Translations under genes and position numbers: made by a program
Notes under the pieces: model-generated
The model's database searches: none
What the model was told of the DNA's origin: nothing
Seen by the model: the letters and a program-made list of their open reading frames with translations, nothing else
Part shown: piece by piece, positions 48,203 to 62,010 of the stretch
Layout of the letters: every line of letters starts with the position of its first letter
How positions within the stretch are numbered: the first letter of the stretch is position 1
DNA from: Albugo candida
Taxonomy: Eukaryota
Direction: 5' to 3'
NCBI GenBank assembly: GCA_040437565.1
Contig: JBDOQK010000004.1
Coordinates: 620,001-684,000 of the forward strand
Length of the DNA: 64,000 nt

Positions 48203-51200
48203 CTATGACATCAAGTGAGCCAATATATGAATCGTGTTATCGATTCTCTTGAATTTATCGTCCAAGCAACAGTGAATGGCATGTGCAAAGCTTTCTCGAG
48301 CTTCTTTTTCTGAAAGTTCCGGAGCTAGGGCTGTAACCAGGTGATTGATGTCATCTCGACCTGTCAGTTCTGGCATATCTGCTGGAATCATCAGTAATAG
48401 CAACGTCACCAAAAGATGAACGTGTCTACGCAAGACGCAGTAGGCTTTGCAACTTGTTTCAACAAATTTCTTGAACTCGTTCGATTCTATTCCCCCCAAA
48501 ACATGAGCCATCTCTCTGGTAAATACAAACGGCGTTCGTTCTCGCTTCACGCCCAGCTATAAAGAACAAGTGTCAGCATGGACCCAGACATACTTTGCAT
48601 GTTGATCGTACCTGATATTTGAAATGCCCGAGAAAATGACCAAAATCGATATGGAAATAGCGGCCACTTGTCGAGATCTATCACAACACCAGCATCAAGC
48701 TTCTCGGAGAGACCTGAATCTTCTGCGGCTTACCATTATGTTATCATTATGACGATCACCAATTCCAAGAGCACAGGTCGCTACGCAATACCCGGCACAG
48801 GAACGAAGGAACAAATCAACAGCTTTTTGATGTGACTCTGGATCAGGATTGTTTGCCTGAATCCAAGACGAAAAGCTGGGATCCTTGAATGCGCCCAAAA
48901 TCCCAACACGCTTGTGTATTTCAGCCGTTGTCACCGAATTTGGAACTACTTGCAAAACACCCGTCACGGGTGATGTCGCGACACATCCGTAAGGCTCCAT
49001 TGCCAAATTAAGACCTTCTTCACGCCACATCTCATCCATCAATCGTATCAACTGCAGTGTCAAACAGTCTTGTCGAACATCATCGCCAGCTTTAAAAATG
49101 ATCGTCACCGGATCGCCACCAGCTTCAGCATTTTCGAATACCAACCATAAGGGTTTTTTTGCCGAATCTAAAATCCGGCATTTATCGATGATGATCTTTC
49201 CCACCTCAATTCGGGGATCAAGAGGTAGTTGAAACGAAGGTGGTAGATTCTCATTCAAAACCGCCAATTGCTCCTGCATCACCCGTCTCATCTCATCCCA
49301 TCCTTCTTTCTTTCGTGCTTTAATGTGCTGGCAAATCTGATCCAGCAAACCACCGTAGGAGAAGACTTCATCTTGCAATTGTAGTATCGCTCGCATTTTT
49401 TGGCTGCAGACAGCGAGATACCCATTAAGTAGAACACCATATCTTTCGCGATATTGTTCATGATGAAATTCTACCTTCATTGACCAGAACAGATCAAAAC
49501 CGATCTGATTTGGATTTCGAATTGCTCGTTCTATGAGAAAGGTTGCAAGTGGACAAAGATGATGATTCTCGAATTTTAGAGCTTGTACTAACTGGGGAAC
49601 ATAGTAGCGCAACGATGTGTCTGGCATTTCCGCTAATTTTGAAACAGCAAAAGACCGAAGCTTTGGATTAGCAAACTCGCCGTCTAATAATCCAATGTAA
49701 GCAGCTTTGTGAGTAGGATCGGACCATGTAGGTAGTAAGGTAAGAGCGTTTTGGATTTCAGACTTATAACTCCAGTTGACACACGACAGAATGCGAGGTA
49801 ATGCTTCTGGAAGGTCCATAAACGCATCCCGATGACTCCACATTTGCGTCTTCTGATACGCATTCGGACGATAAAGTGGGTCAAGTGAAATAATACGACG
49901 TAATTCCACTATCTGTGAGTCAATATTGGATTGCTCTGCGTCATCATCACCGACCGTGGCTTCTTGCAGCCAATTCTTCAATGACCCGATAAAACCTCGG
50001 GATTTTGCATGCGGTTGGTCAGGCTTCTGTTCTGCTGCATCAAAGGTACCGCCTAAAGTTTTCTCAATGTCACCCGAGGACTCGTTGGTCAAGCTGTTCT
50101 CTAAATCGGCACAGTCTTCCGAATTTTCTGAGATATCGGAAGGGAACTGAGGCAGTAAATGTCGAGCTAATTCTGTTTTGACAGACTGAACAAATTTGTA
50201 GATATTCGGGTAGCCAGATGATTCAGTTTGATCACCTTCCCACTTAGAGACAGTGATGATAGCAAGCATCCATTCTGCGCGTTCTTGCTTGGTCTCGGCT
50301 GAAATGATATACTCTCTAGAAGATTCGGCTGGGCGAACCTTGAAACAATACGTTTGCCGTTCCTTCCGAGTTCCTTTGTTGACTGGTGCGGTTGTGTATT
50401 TTTCATTCATATCGTCCGCTACTACCACCAAGCAGTTCCGTAATGGAATAGATTTGCGCACAACATTTCGGTCATCCGTGTAGGTCAAAGTGCACGTTTC
50501 ATGATCTAAGACAAACCATCGTCGACGCCATCGAGTCCATCGAGTATATCCTAGCTTGTGTAGCCATCCTTCTTTGTGTAGAATAATCTTTCGGTCTTCA
50601 TAGGAGCTCTCCTCCCGTGCCAATTTCGGGGTTGATCTAGGATTTGTTGGGCTTTCTGATTCAGCTCCTAACGTCCAATGGAACTTGACACTCCGATCAA
50701 AAGTGCNNNNNNNNNNNNNNNNNNNNNNNNNNNNNNNNNNNNNNNNNNNNNNNNNNNNNNNNNNNNNNNNNNNNNNNNNNNNNNNNNNNNNNNNNNNNNN
50801 NNNNNNAAAGTGCACGTTTCATGATCTAAGACAAACCATCGTCGACGCCATCGAGTCCATCGAGTATATCCTAGCTTGTGTAGCCATCCTTCTTTGTGTA
50901 GAATAATCTTTCGGTCTTCATAGGAGCTCTCCTCCCGTGCCAATTTCGGGGTTGATCTAGGATTTGTTGGGCTTTCTGATTCAGCTCCTAACGTCCAATG
51001 GAACTTGACACTCCGATCAAAAGTGCCAAATTCGATTTGCAAAACTGGATCATCCGGCGTGACAGTGTGTGGAACTGGACCAATATTGCAAGTGTACAAG
51101 TTGCTGCACATAGCCAAGTACCGTGTTCCCTGCAGCAAAACATCGTCAATTTCGAATATATTAACGCCTGTCACAAGAATTCGCTCGATCTCTTCAGCGC

Positions 51201-53385
51201 AGTCTTCGGTGGACGATGAGGTCGCCATACTGCACATCCGATTGGCATCTTTTACCCCAAGTACAGTCAGTAAGATTCGAGCTGTTCTTGGAATATCACT
51301 TATATTGAGCCCGAAATTCAGCCACATTGGTTCAGGCCATTCCGCCCTCAAGAGGTTCTCATTCTGTATCTTCAGTGTTACCTCTTCCGTCTCTACGAAA
51401 GAATTGTGCAGCAATTTTCCTCCATCGTATAGTCCGGCTCGAATAATTACCTTCGTTGCGGTCAAAGGTTTGTATTCGAGCACCGAATGCTCACTAAAAC
51501 GTTTGCGAGTAGGGACAAGCTTTGGTACATTCATGATGCGACATAGACAGAAAGAGAGTGGTTCAAGCACTGTTTCACTGCATATAAACTCCTCCATAGA
51601 GTCATTGCTCTTTGATGACTGATGAGTCATCACCGATGGATTACCATGCTGAATCATTGTATGACGACCAAGTATGGTGGCTTTGATGCCGGAGATAGCT
51701 GCATTTTCGACTATCATCTGCTGGATCACAGATGTTGCAATCAACGTGAGTCGGACAGTTTTGCCTGTGATAAAGCACTCTCTAACGTGCATGTATTCCA
51801 GTAGGGTGCGTTCACGGTCGAGTAAGTAGTCACGAAAGCCAGTAATTTTTAATGCATAAGCGTTGTGATCAAACGGTATCAGCGGAGCCGCATCGATTGC
51901 ATGTTGGTAGCAATTGAAGATGTGCGCTACTGCCTCCCCGACCGTAAACTGGGACGGAATCGAGATGCGTACATCGGTAATGGCTTTCGCACTGACCTCC
52001 TGTAACTCAAACATTCGCTTGAAATCAACGTGAACCGCTTGAAATCTAACAGCTTGACACAGCTCTTTCAGCCATTTGTGATACTCATCTTCTTCAGCGA
52101 CCAGCTCCCACGTCCGGGATGCTGTCACGAGGACTATTCCATGCTTTTCTAATTTTGCATCCATCGGTTGGAGACTAGAAACATTGTCTAGGTCTATTGT
52201 GCCACGTAAGTAGGCCCCTTGCTTGTCACTTAATACTTTTTGACTCGGCTTCTTTTTGTAATATGATAACTTGCAACCCTTTAGTTCCATATAGCGCCTT
52301 CTGTATGATTTGTTAGTCCCGCCACGTTTGCGCATATATCCAGCAATGATGGGTTCGCGGTCGTGATGCGATGCAGAGTTACTGCTGTTATTATCGCAGT
52401 CCGTTGTGTCTTTGTAGCTACGATCCATCGCAATCAGATCTGTAGGCAAGCGGCCAACGGCCTGTATATAACTGAGAGCTGTTCCCTTTGTGAGATCAAT
52501 CGGTGATGTGTCAAGTGCGACCAGGTACTGGGGGGTGCTAGCAAGGATTTCCAGCTCTCGAGGCGAGATTTCCAGATGAACACGCTTCAAAATATGCGAT
52601 AAAGCCACCATAAAGGCCTTCGATTCCTTCGACTGTATGAGACCCGGCACAGCTTCCCAATCCGAGTCCCCACTCAAGAACTCTGCTGTTTTCTGTTCAC
52701 TTGGGAATATTCCTTCGATGTCGATTTTGTGTCTAGAAGCTGAATTCGAATCCTCTGATGCGGAATGCATTCGTAAGAGGACGGGCACATCTGCATAAGG
52801 ATTTAATACTTCAAAAGGTGGGAGCTCATGGCTCCCTTCAAACAAGTCGGATCGGGCTGCACACTCCTTTTTGTCCTCTGTATCTGACGTTATGATTTTA
52901 TTGCCTGCTTCCTGCCGTCGGGTAACTACAAAGCTTCGCATTATAGTCGCTGCATTACGACTACTTGCTGTACGCAATCGTGTCGATTTGAGGTACGTTT
53001 GACTTTCTCTACCGGTTCGTACATTTGCGTACAAATGCAATGGAGTCTCTGATGTTGTGTCTTTCGGATTCTTTTCAGCGCGTATGGATGGCTCATGTAG
53101 CTGCGGCTCACTTGAGGAAGAAAGATGGAGATTCTGTCGATTCGTAGAAAGCTTCATCTGACCTAATGTGAAGCTATGCTCATGATCTGATTCGCTCATT
53201 TCACCGGTTTCACTCGAAATGGAGATGTTGGAACATTCTTTGCTAGCCACATGCGTTGTGCGTGATTGATGTAAGGAAGAATTAGAATCAGAAAGCGGTG
53301 TTTCATAGACGCCTTCTACATTTTCATATGTTAAGATCTCGGCCGATTTTTCTGGCTTTTTACGTGAAGGTAGAGAGAAAGTCAT
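48203..53385 (-). CDS. Class I-like phosphatidylinositol 3-kinase with two PH domains (PH-RBD-C2-PH-helical-kinase); two introns near the 3' end; gap with duplicated flank at 50707-50806
   Basis: QLVQALKFE, DSAKKPLWL, FKAGDDVRQD, GIGDRHNDN, HIDFGHFLG, KRERTPF. PH motifs GYMRKRGG...RRRYMEL and EGWLHKLG...WRRRWFVLD. The start codon is uncertain; the frame stays open to 53538. Confidence 0.9.
50487..51026. repeat. 220-bp direct overlap flanking the 100-N gap at 50707-50806
   Basis: Same sequence at a 320-nt offset on both sides of the gap. Confidence 0.9.
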
Positions 53386-53737
53386 AAGAGAACCGGTAGT
53401 CCGGCTTTCTACTGGAATATAGTCAGGAGCAGAGTTGGTTGAAAGACAGCGAGTATTGCGTGGAAGAATAGGATAGGCGATAAGCAGCTCACAAAAACTA
53501 GACGAGGTGTACCGTATCTCACAGTAGTCAGCATGCACGTCATTGACTAACGTCGCTTGATGCTGTCGAGTTTGACGCGGTCATTGTAGTGGCCTTGACG
53601 GATATGCTATCTCGTTTGACATATTACTGCACAACGTGTCGACCTCTTTCTCCAGCTTTACACGTAGATTATGACAATTGACTACTTATGCCGAGGCTTC
53701 GACGCAAGTACCGTTTCGCTTTCAACAGAGCTCCCTC

Positions 53738-55769
53738 ATGTCGAATGATCAAAGCAGTAGAAAGAATTCAGAGACTGTGATAATCGATGCTGGCGATACG
53801 GATGACCGCTCTGAGGACGAGGATATTGCAAAGTTCTTAAACGATTATACTGTTGCTCAACATAGTATCACTAATTCCTTGCTTACGAACGTATTGAAGA
53901 TCAATGAAGCGATCAAACTCGGGGATGAAGAGGGAAAAGATGACGATGTCATCGAAGTTATTCGAGTCAATCCTTCGATTTTTACGGAATATAAGCCTAA
54001 ATCCTTAAAAGAAATGTCTGGTAGAAGAGATTTTAATAGAAGGTGTGCGAAAAACGTACCGGAAAAGAAAATAAAGCTATGCGAGGAAGTTGCTGATGAA
54101 ATGCGTTCATTCGACGTCGAGATAGAAGGTGGATTAGGTAAAAGATCGGAATATGAACGTGTGCGTGACAGGGAGAAACGTGTAAAGAGAAAGTTAGAGC
54201 CTATTTGTAATGATAATGGCGCACATGGATCGATGAATCAGACNNNNNNNNNNNNNNNNNNNNNNNNNNNNNNNNNNNNNNNNNNNNNNNNNNNNNNNNN
54301 NNNNNNNNNNNNNNNNNNNNNNNNNNNNNNNNNNNNNNNNNNNACGTGTAAAGAGAAAGTTAGAGCCTATTTGTAATGATAATGGCGCACATGGATCGAT
54401 GAATCAGACACTGACAGCTGACAGAGTCATAGAGTTGCATTCGAGTGAAGATGAAAGTGCCAATTCATCACCGAAATCAACATTCAGGTCTGAGAATGCG
54501 AATGATTCGATAAAAACGACCATGAAAGACTTCAAAGCATATTTCGAGTATCTTCGAAAATGTGTCACGAAGATAAATTTTGATCAAGAGATGCAGCGAA
54601 GAACAAGTCTTAATGAACGTTTTCATGTGGCTGTGAAAAGCATTGAAACAGAGATCGACCGTTACCGCCAAATGTTCCTGCGATATACTCGAAAACATCA
54701 TTGGTCAGAGAAAGTGATGGCTTGTATTCAATCGAACACTCTCCGGGAAGTTAAAGAGAGATCGCAAAAGTTTGATGATGGCTACTGTGAAAATTGCGCA
54801 ACTCAGAAGCGTTTTGCAAAGTACATGCTCATATTCTCAGGTTACAGACTTGATGCCTGCCGATTGTACGAATTTGGTTGGACGCACAGGTTTGGCCTTC
54901 ATGTAATGCTACGGATTTATCTATCTCTAATCGAATCTACTCGCATAGGATCCTGCAAGCTTCTACATGTGAAAATTATCAGCACGAAGAAGTTCTCGTC
55001 GATGATACTTGCTACGCGGTACGTTAAGCCGTCAGGTATTTCCGTATGTTATCGGAGGGGAAGAGCTTCTCACCTTTTGCTTTATTAGCCTGTCGTATTG
55101 TACTGGACACTGGTGCATGTCAAACGACTTTGGTGTGCCACAATTGATGCAATGAAAGATGAAGGTGGTCAGTTGAAGCTTTCCGACACATTTATGGAAT
55201 CTGAATACAGCCGATACAAAGAACTTTTGAAATCTGTACTATTTGTCAGCTCTGGAAGAGATTTGCAGAGCTTGAATTTAGAAAAAGTGTGCAAGTTTTT
55301 TTCACAACCAGAATGTACAAGCCCTTATTTATTACACGCGGAGGTAGACTCAGATTCGGATTCTGATATGGAAGAGAATATTCATGGTGTGCAGGATAGT
55401 GCAACAACCTTCGAAGATGGTGGAGAAGCTACGCTCAGGTCGGACACTGACTCTATCAAGAAGAGCCAAGGTCCGCAAGCACCATTGGACCTAAGCAATG
55501 GTGCCTCTTCTATGGATGACACAGACAAGGTAACACAAGAGGTCAAAGGCACAAACAGTTGTTTACTCTGCTACAATCATCTGATTGATGGGGCTGTGAT
55601 ACATGGAAACTATCTGCATTCGTATTCCTGCTATCAATGTGGTATGCGCCAGTTTGATCAAAGAATTGGATGCTCCGTGTGCAATCGTCCGATTGACAGG
55701 GTTGTTCATCTGTTACCGCTCACCGAAGCCTCAAGAAGGTCGATTACAACCCTAGCAGAACCGATCTGA
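53738..55769 (+). CDS. Protein with a DUF4211/CCDC82-like region and a C-terminal MDM2-type (C2H2C4) RING finger; two introns at ~54890-54948 and ~55019-55088; gap with 66-bp duplicated flank
   Basis: CENCATQKRFAKYMLIFSG and a later LYWTLVHVK segment resemble DUF4211. CLLC...VIHGNYLHSYSCYQC...CSVCNRPI has MDM2-like ligand spacing. Confidence 0.65.
54178..54409. repeat. 66-bp direct overlap flanking the 100-N gap at 54244-54343
   Basis: ACGTGTAAAGAG...GAATCAGAC is present on both sides of the gap. Confidence 0.9.
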
Positions 55770-55919
55770 TAGATTTGAGTTGTCGCATCGATGTTCCGGC
55801 TTGTGGGTGCCCGCTGAAACGAGTATGAATAATGGCGCAAGATGGACGAGACAACGCAATGAAACGTGCTGTCAGTAGAATTAGGAATCGACACTCGCTC
55901 AAACCACTTTGCTATATTA

Positions 55920-57423
55920 TTATAATCTTTCAAAATCTGCATTCGACACCTTTGGCGTACCTGACCGAATCATGATGATACAGCTGAAGTAGGCAGTCAT
56001 AAATCCCATGGCAAGCCCCACTCCTCGAAGCCATCCGCTCATAAATAATGCCCATCGTGCCTCCCGATAGCCATGGAGCTGATATCTCAATGATGGTGTC
56101 ATCCTTTCTGGAAATCTTGGCAGAATTGTTTCATTCACTTTGCAGCTTCCAGGCATTCGGATTGTTGGGGGAAGCTCAGGCGACCAAGGTTTACGTTCAA
56201 ACTCGCTTGGTTCAGGCAGCAATTTCTTTAAAAAATCGGTCGCTAGCTTTGGCACGCTCAAGTCAGTGTACTCATCATTCAACGTGATGATCTTGTACGT
56301 GGATGACCCTGATAATATTTCGTCAAAAGTATTTTGTAGTTTCTTTTTATCCTTATCCTTCAACAAAACCAGTTTGTATGGTTCCATATCTCGCGAAGGA
56401 GGCACATCAATGCCAATTCCGAGCTCCTCACTCCCTTGGCTTGTCATATAGTAATGATGCAGAAGCGGTACGTTCATGTCCGGTCTACTTCGAAACTTGT
56501 TCTTCAGAGTCATATATAAGGGGCGATCAAAAATCTGATGTAGACGTTCAAATGCGTGCCGACTGTAAAGGAATGGAGCATGCTTGATGTAGTATCGTGT
56601 TTCATCTCCCCAGCGAGTGTCCATCTCTTGTTGCGTGTTGAGCACAGAGGAGATCCAAACTCCCTTTTTGGGTGTCGGCGGTGCATGCGAGATCGATCCT
56701 TTTTCATGAAGCAATCGAATGCCACCATCACATGTGAAGAACTCGTGTGGATCTATGAGTTTTGTAAAAATGCAATCGTCATTCACTTGCATGAACAAGT
56801 CGGAAAGGCCTGGAATGAGGTACAGAAATTGCTCGATTACATTCGTATTGAACGTCGGCAAAAACTGTTTGGCGTATGATGGGATTAAATCATCCTGATT
56901 GATTATTTTGATTCTTGTGCTGCTCGCATCGACCCAATGCGGAATATGACCAGGCGTGACAATGTATAAATTTCCCTGGAAACGGAGTTTCTAATTATTA
57001 TGTGCATCACGCAAAAGCGAATATATGTACCTTGTGCCACGGGATGAACTTTTGTAAAGATCGGATGGAATACATCAGCTCATTGAACTCGCGATCTCGC
57101 GATCCGCCGAGGCTTCCTCCAGCCTTTTTTCTCATCTTCCGATAGCACGGAAGACTGCCATTAACCCAAGTGTACACGATCGAAATGTGCTGAAGTCGAT
57201 TAAAGTTTTTAATTTCACATTTTCCACGTAAGAAATTCCCAAAGTGTCCAAAATGCTGAGCGCCGTCTGCGTCACTCACAGGTGTGACCAATCCCAAGTG
57301 GTCCCATTGTCGAATGACATAGAAAATAGAAAAAGTGGCAACTGCGCATAAGACGAGAAGAGATCGAAGTGAACTGCGTTTCGTCATTGATAAACGCATT
57401 CGAACCATAAGTGTTGTTTTCAT
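55920..57423 (-). CDS. Stealth-family hexose-1-phosphate transferase (GNPTAB/CpsY-like) with N- and C-terminal TM helices; one intron at ~56976-57030
   Basis: CR1 ISIVYTWVNG; CR2 ELMYSIRSL...PW...YIVTPGHIPHW...LPTFNTNVIE...IPGLSDLFMQVNDD; CR3 KHAPF...KFRS; CR4 ITLNDE. The start codon is uncertain (57471, 57423 or 57387). Confidence 0.85.
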
Positions 57424-60400
57424 GAGTTTGTAGGGAAGGATATGTTTGATGTAGTCGCTAATTGACATCATCCCGACTGTTAAGTGAAGAATTGCAGGGT
57501 GTGGTCCATTTTTCCGACTGTTGGGACAGGAACTTTGATGTGGTCACTGATTGACATGAACCTGACTATTGTCTAATGTCAACCGCCGTATCGTCATAGA
57601 TCCTAACCTAAATGTGGAACCAATACAGTGGTTTTCGGTGACACTAGAAGATTGAGGCTAGGTGAGATATGTCAGCATAAACGGTGACATAAAAAAGACG
57701 CCATTCGGCGCGCACAATGTCACGAAAGAAATTCGCTATAGCGCACGACATTCAGAATAGAACTGATGTTAGATCGACGGTGTATCGATTCGACACCGTC
57801 TTATCTCAACGCTTTGCAGACACATTTCGAGCATTTTCTTATGCCACAATAGCCATCTGATTTGTATCGCTACACCAGAGCGTCTTTCCTCGCCGAGTGG
57901 TGTGCACGATGAAAGTAATTCCCGTTGTGGGGCTACCTACTTTTGAGACTTTTTGTTCTTTCTTGCGACATTTTTAATAAGCGCGGCTATAACAAATTGA
58001 TCAAGGGATCTTTTTAGATGGCTTCCCCATCTCGCGGGGCTTTGATACGATTTAGTAGTGTACCTGTATCAGTTTTTGTTTGATACCTATGCAACGCACG
58101 TAGCACATATGTTAATGACTGATCAATTGAGTAAGTTTCAGCAGCCATCCTACAAGAATATGTTGAATAGTCTTACTTCAGGGGTACATTTGAAGATCTA
58201 TCACATGCATATAGAATCGTCTGAGAAGGCTCAGAGTGCTATAGTGATCGAGAACCTAATTCAACAGTGTAAGAAATATATACAGAGCATGAACATACGG
58301 AGTGCATGTACATAATCCTCCTGACATAATGTGATGGCAGATGATTTTTTGGGGGCAACTCGTTGAGAGATCGCTAAATACAACAACATCGACACATACT
58401 ATGACCCATCCATCAAACATTGTTGATCTAAATGCAAACCATCTCCACATGGTAACGTTCTTGATTTGAATATTGAAGTACAATGGCAGCTCTTTGCGCC
58501 AAACGAGAAATGTGGATACTACAAAGGAAAATCAAAGTGCGGTCAAGTCATCTTCCTTTGCTTAAAGAAAAGACGAGTGAATCGCTTCTGGTAAACGGTT
58601 GGAATGGTTGACCCGTAAACTTCCCTATTACCATGGGATATGCTTGACACAATGGGTTGGTAAGCATGTACGATCAAAGAGTTACATCGAATAGCGAAGG
58701 TGTGTAATTTTAAGCTATAGAGAGGCAAGTTGCCACCTCGAAGTGGTGCTTCGAAAGGAACATTTCAACTCTAAGAGGGCACACCGAAGAGTCTTTCCTG
58801 ATATAGGTAGAAAATTTGCAGGATTTCCTATTGGCCATGCCAAGTGAAAGCCTGTCGCATGGATCGCATGGGCTTGTAAAGACAGAGATTAAAACACTGG
58901 AAATGGATTTTTGTAGCGGATCTACAGGAACGCTTGTGTGTCCAGTTTGATGGATTATCACAGAGTCAATGTCCTGGCCTTATCGGCAGCGTGAATGACT
59001 TCAGACATATCAAAACACGGGCACAAGAGATGAGAGTATTTGGTGATTATGTGTGTTCTGGGTGAGACTTTGCCTTAGGAATCTGAACAGCGGTGCGTTT
59101 CGTCGATTTATGCTCTTCCGTAAGCCATTACTTCATCAACAAACGAAGAACGTTGACGGCTATAGATCGAAAATGCTCATAGATCAATAATGTTCTATTG
59201 AAGGACACAGTTGCGGGTCATGAAGAATGTATGTTTCAATGTTTTTGCTTCAATTGCAAAAAGGCAAAACTTTTACTTGGGAAAATCGTTAAGCATACCC
59301 GACACGAAAGCATCGTAGATAATCTTACACGACAAGCTTGCACTGGAATCGACGTCGAATAAAGGTCAGTTTGAGCAAACCGGCCTTGTAAGAGGTCCAA
59401 TGCGAACGCAATCTTCCTTTATGACTTGCTTTGGTGACAAATTTATGGTGAATAAGCTACCCATTATGGACGGAGTGGAACATCCTATTATTTAGGTCTT
59501 GCGAGCTTCGATACACGATATGCCTCAATAGACGTGTTGATGGCGAGATATCCACATTTTTTAAATTGGTGCTTCCATCGACATGAGTAGTTGGTGCAGC
59601 GAAGAGCATTATGAGACGGTACCTGTAGGAGTATACAGATTTGATAGCCAAGGTACCAAAATTGACTCTCGGGTGTGATGTGAATACAAGACACAAATTT
59701 AAGAATGCAATCTACAAACTGGAATATCATGATATACTCTTTGGCAAGCTAAAATCCTGCTCACAATCCGTTTTTTTGCGTCCGTCACTGTTAGATAACT
59801 TGTCGGTGTATGAGCGTGCTGAGAATGATGTACCTTTATGTGCTATTGATATAAAGCTGCAGACAGCCGAAAACGAAAGGCGGTCCGACCAGAGGTCATA
59901 ACATGATCGTATCATGCTGAATTAGATTGTTATATGTTTCCGATCGAGTCCAAGACTATTTTCTCGAGAAGAGAGGCACGTCTTTGGTTTCAATAAGAAT
60001 AGATTGATGCCTCAGAATCTTTATCGAATATGATATATCTGTGGTATAAGAAAGTATCCGACAGTAGAGATAGCAGTAAAAATTGCTGCATGGCTGCAAA
60101 GAGGCAACCCAAAGATGCCAATACGTTGGCTCATAGACCATCGCCATGCAGCAATATTTCTGCATAATGCTTGGTGGAATGGCATTAGCTTATCGATGCA
60201 AAAATACTGTTAATGCACTCATGCCACACAAGAAGGCTTGATGCAAGTTTCTCGATAGGATGGCTGGCATGCCAGGAATATGGTCTTATCTTATGCGGAA
60301 TTTCTTTCTAATAAGAACTTCTTAGTCATTAGCTGGATGGTATGTACACAGCTTCCCTCAATGCAGAACCATGTACACCATCTTGGTGAGTGAGAATTCT

Positions 60401-62010
60401 CGTTTGAATTAATGCAGTCGATGCAAAGAAGACCATTGAAATGCAAAATCCTTATTACGACCAGCTCACAGGTATCTATAATGCTCCTCGGTTGTGTCTG
60501 CATTAACGACGATTTAATCACAAGTAAGCACAAGTTGCTTTGCCACTAAATCAACTGAATCATAAAAAAATTATATCAGTAAGTTGCTACAATAGATTTG
60601 ATTCGGGGGTGTAGTAGGCTCCGAGTTTGCATTTTCTTGATTTCACGTGCACCTTGAAGCATCATTGCATAGAGTTGATGCAATTGATGATCCTTTTGTT
60701 TTCGACTCAAAGAATCCGACACATAATAGCTCGATATGAGGAGCTCATGAGTAGGAACTACCTCTAATTGAAATTGACCAATGTGACTGATTGCATTGTC
60801 GTCATGGACCTCAGTTTAATGTGTTTAAGCACTGGTGGGCTGTTGAATGGATCTTCACTCACCCAAAGGTACTTTATAAACTTTCACGGCAGATGCTACT
60901 TTCTACAGGCTGCCTTGACATTTTTTACATTATAGGCAGCATCAATGTGGAGCTGGAGGATTATTTACTGCATAAACAGCCAATCTTCCGTTTCGTGAGA
61001 AGCACGGAAAAAATATGTCACAAATTGTATCCAGCATCAAGTTATAGCTATGCTCTTACTATCTCTTTCTCTCCACCTTCAGCTTCTCGGGTAACGGCAT
61101 GCAATAAGATCAGGATAAAAGAAAGTTGACACCGTTACGGCACACTTGCTTCCGGATATGCATTTAGTGCAAGACACCCGAAAATTTTCTTTTTGATCAT
61201 TCATCACGGTATGACAGAGTTCCGACGAGGATGTGACTTTAGTAAAACATAACAACTTGCTATTCTTGAGCATATGCATACCAAATTGCATCGACGTGAT
61301 CATTGTTATAGCAATAAGTATATAACGCACCAGTACTTGCGAAATAGAAGATTTCGAGGAAGAAAGCTGAAGGAAAAAGTGGTATCAGTTGTCAACTGTA
61401 GAGAAGGATATACGTAGATATGCTGGCAGGTACCAGCTATTGAGCGATGGAAACGTAGTGATCGTCGTCTTATCATGGGGGACAAGAAAAAAACGTGTTA
61501 AGAATTCCTCAGCACACGCAAGAGCGGATGCCGATGATACTGCCGAAGACTTTACTTTGTGGTTCATCACAACATGTGCGAAATGAATTATAAGGACCAT
61601 GATCTTACGTCAACATTCTGTTTTGACAACAACGATACGTATCTATCGGGTATCAGGCTGAGTATGACCACGTCTCATCGTGCGCAAGGAGCGCCAGGTC
61701 GTCTATCAGGTGACGCACTGCGGCATGAAGACGATTGAATAGATAACTTGGGAGCAAACGGGTAGAAGTTTCCGACAACTTGACGAGATTGGCGATTATT
61801 TGTATAAGGTCAAGACCTTGCTCCAATACGACATTCAGAATGGTCAGATCATATGATTCATCACGCTGATCGCTTCGCCATTTGATGCACGCACATGGAA
61901 GCATATTGAGTATGTTTCGCATTGGCCTTTCACCTCATCGAGAAAATGCAAGGTCAAATGGGAAGTTTCTTCCTAGGCTGAGTGAGGGCTCAGTCGATAA
62001 AGTTTTGGTG

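Noticed and set aside
51005-51622. 205-aa plus-strand ORF and similar antisense ORFs (e.g. 26585-26995, 38355-38786)
   Set aside because: Shadow frames opposite well-supported genes, with no independent motifs.
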